Source: Moniliella sp. 'wahieum' (Eukaryota). From it: a stretch of 64,000 bases of DNA. Position 1 is the first letter of the stretch. Each line of letters starts with the position of its first letter. The DNA lies in the NCBI GenBank assembly GCA_003971905.1, contig RSEE01000055.1, positions 310,001-374,000 on the forward strand. The letters run 5' to 3'. The notes below the pieces were generated by a model. It saw only the letters and a program-made list of their open reading frames with translations. It was not told the origin of the DNA and did not search any database. A program made the translations under genes and the position numbers. This document shows positions 62,048 through 64,000 of the stretch, one piece after another.

Positions 62048-63351
62048 ATGAGCCAGCGACCAGGCCACCGCAACCAGAGCCAAGATCCGAGCCAGGCATC
62101 GTCGGCCTCGCGGCGTAGCCGATGCCGGTCCGGGTCGCCGCAGAAGCGCACCCGCCAACAATGGTTCCACCCGCAGCCAGGCCCCCTCTTCTCCCCCGAC
62201 CCCTTGCCCGGGATCCCCCTCGCCCCCTCCACCCCCACACGCCGCCCGCCCCGGCCCATGAAACGGCAGCCAGCTCTCGACGCCGCCATGGTGGGAGAAA
62301 AGTCGAACCGCAGCCCACCCAAGCCATCATGCCCGTCTATCCACTTCGACATGAAGGCGGCCCGTCTGCCCGATGAACAGGGGACTCCACTCGTCCCCCC
62401 TGCCGGCGCTGACGTTTCCAACACAAACACCATCCTTTTCCCCCCCACAGTCGCCTGAACCGATCGAGTGCGCACCCGCGCCCAGCGATTGGCTCCAAGG
62501 AGAGTACATGCCATCCACGCAGCTACCGCGGGAAAAATGGGACGTACCTGAGCTTGATGCATTTCCACACGGCAAAAAGCTCGTATCTTTCCTCGACGCA
62601 TCTCTTTCTGTCCCCCTCGCAAGCTGGCTTTCCTTTGGGACACAGTACCTATGGCAGTGCCGATCTCGGTCTCGCTCCCCACTTGGACCAGGACACGTCA
62701 CCCCCCCCAAAAGCGATTGAGCGAGAACGATACTTGGGCGGTGCACCCGAGAGCATGTTCCCCTGGGACCTGTCCTTGCCGGAATTATCATTGACGGAAG
62801 AAAGCTTGACGGACGAGGAAGATGAAGCGTTCCGACTGACCCAGTTGCTCGGTTCTGACCCAGCCTCCTTCTTGCCCTTCGTCCGGCGCCCTGGGCACTC
62901 TCTGTCCAAGCCCGATCCCCATCCCCGTCCCCGTCCCAACCCCAATCCCGATCCCAATCCTAAGCTTCATTCAAGAGCGTCCACCGAACCATACCGCACC
63001 ACAGCCCGTCAACCTGCGGCCACGAAATCCAGCCTGCTGCGCCCGAGCGGTGGGACCGTCGGTCGACCCTTAAGCACTCGCCCCCTCCCTGGTCGCTCCC
63101 CCTCTTCGGTCGCGACCAACAACAAGTCTCTTGTCCTGCCTCGTGCGGTGCCTGGCCGCCGCCCCGTGCACGCGCAGTCCCGTCTGGGTGATCAGGGGGC
63201 ACGAGGGCGCGGCAGGAGGATGGCGAGGTGTACCTTGAGCTCAACCCTGCTGACGCCTTCTTCTGAGATTGGATCCCACCTAGTAGTTGTCCTCCTTCCC
63301 CTTCCCCTTCCCCTTCTCCTCCTTCTCTCTTATACCATTTCCCTACTGTGA
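62048..63351 (+). CDS. Hypothetical Pro/Ser-rich protein (frameshifted)
   Basis: CAACATGA start context; chain of overlapping ORFs (231, 115 and 265 aa) with one globular-looking patch WDVPELDAFPHGKKLVSFLDASLSVPLASWLSFG. Confidence 0.4.
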
Positions 63352-63582
63352 CTGTTTTTCTGAGACTGTTTTTCACACTTCACGTTCCCCTACAATCCGA
63401 CCTGTTTCGGCAATGGCATGGTCGCCTCCCGGAGCTGACACTAGAGTACATCGGTTGATTTTGGGGGCAATTGTACAGCCAGAAGCCCAAGGAGAGGAAA
63501 AAGTGGGGGAAAAGGGGGGGGAAGGAAGGGGGAAGGGGGAAAGAAACAAGGGAAACAAAGGGGAAAACGCGACCGAGGACAA

Positions 63583-64000
63583 CTATCTCCCGTTCCGTAC
63601 GTTAGACGGGGCCAATCCCGGGGCCAACTGGGGCGCAGCGAGATGGGGAGACCCCACGGCGGCATGATGAGACTGCGACGAGGAACGTTCGGGCGAAGGC
63701 ACGAGACCCTGTTGCTCCAGCACGTCGTACACCCGTGCCAACCGGGTCGGGTCGAGCTTGAACATGGCCCGAACATCTTTGCGTTCTAATTTGCCGTCGC
63801 GCCGGCGCTGTTCGACGAGGATAGACCGCTTGACAGTCAGGTACGTGGCAGGTCGAATGCGTTGCTCCGAACACAGTTTTTGCTCCACTTCCGATAAGAG
63901 ACCCAAGTTGGGATCGGCACTCAAGTCCAACGGACGCGAAATCGTTCGACCGCCCGGTTTGTGCGTAACGGACCAGATGTTGCCAGCGGGTCCACCGCCG
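63583..64000 (-). CDS. C-terminal SWIRM domain of an ADA2-like (or FUN19-like) chromatin protein; 5' part outside the window
   Basis: PLDLSADPNLGLLSEVEQKLCSEQRIRPATYLTVKRSIL...KDVRAMFKLDPTRLARVYDVLEQQGLV. Confidence 0.82.
   Translation of the reverse strand, partial: GGGPAGNIWSVTHKPGGRTISRPLDLSADPNLGLLSEVEQKLCSEQRIRPATYLTVKRSILVEQRRRDGKLERKDVRAMFKLDPTRLARVYDVLEQQGLVPSPERSSSQSHHAAVGSPHLAAPQLAPGLAPSNVRNGR

Overview
Eukaryotic, GC-rich, intron-poor fungal DNA; the protein sequences point to a basidiomycete, probably Ustilaginomycotina (inference). Pervasive single-base indels break even essential genes, so most CDS coordinates are reconstructed across frames and approximate. Housekeeping genes: TEL1/ATM (partial), FOL3-like folate synthase, TCTP, a 3-repeat Myb, NAP1, RPT6, an OPT oligopeptide transporter, two C2H2 zinc-finger factors, eIF3h, TFIIA-gamma, RPS26, RAD23, a NIPA Mg2+ transporter, a GCN4/CPC1-type bZIP with a uORF, RRP6, MsrB and a partial ADA2-like SWIRM gene. 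There are three tRNA genes (Leu-CAG, Arg-CCT, Ala-CGC). Gene-poor stretches hold three copies of one solo-LTR family, two copies of a second (one with a nested insertion and perfect TSD), a possible third family and a Helitron-like element with twin perfect hairpins. Best leads: (1) a gammaproteobacterial-type YggU/DUF167 gene (HGT candidate); (2) a spliced ~36-codon secreted micropeptide gene ending CQGC-GRKA, upstream of the OPT transporter; (3) intergenic 7-nt tandem repeats built from 6-bp palindromes; (4) a tRNA-Ala with two 7-nt insertions. I found no multi-gene novel system that I can firmly support.
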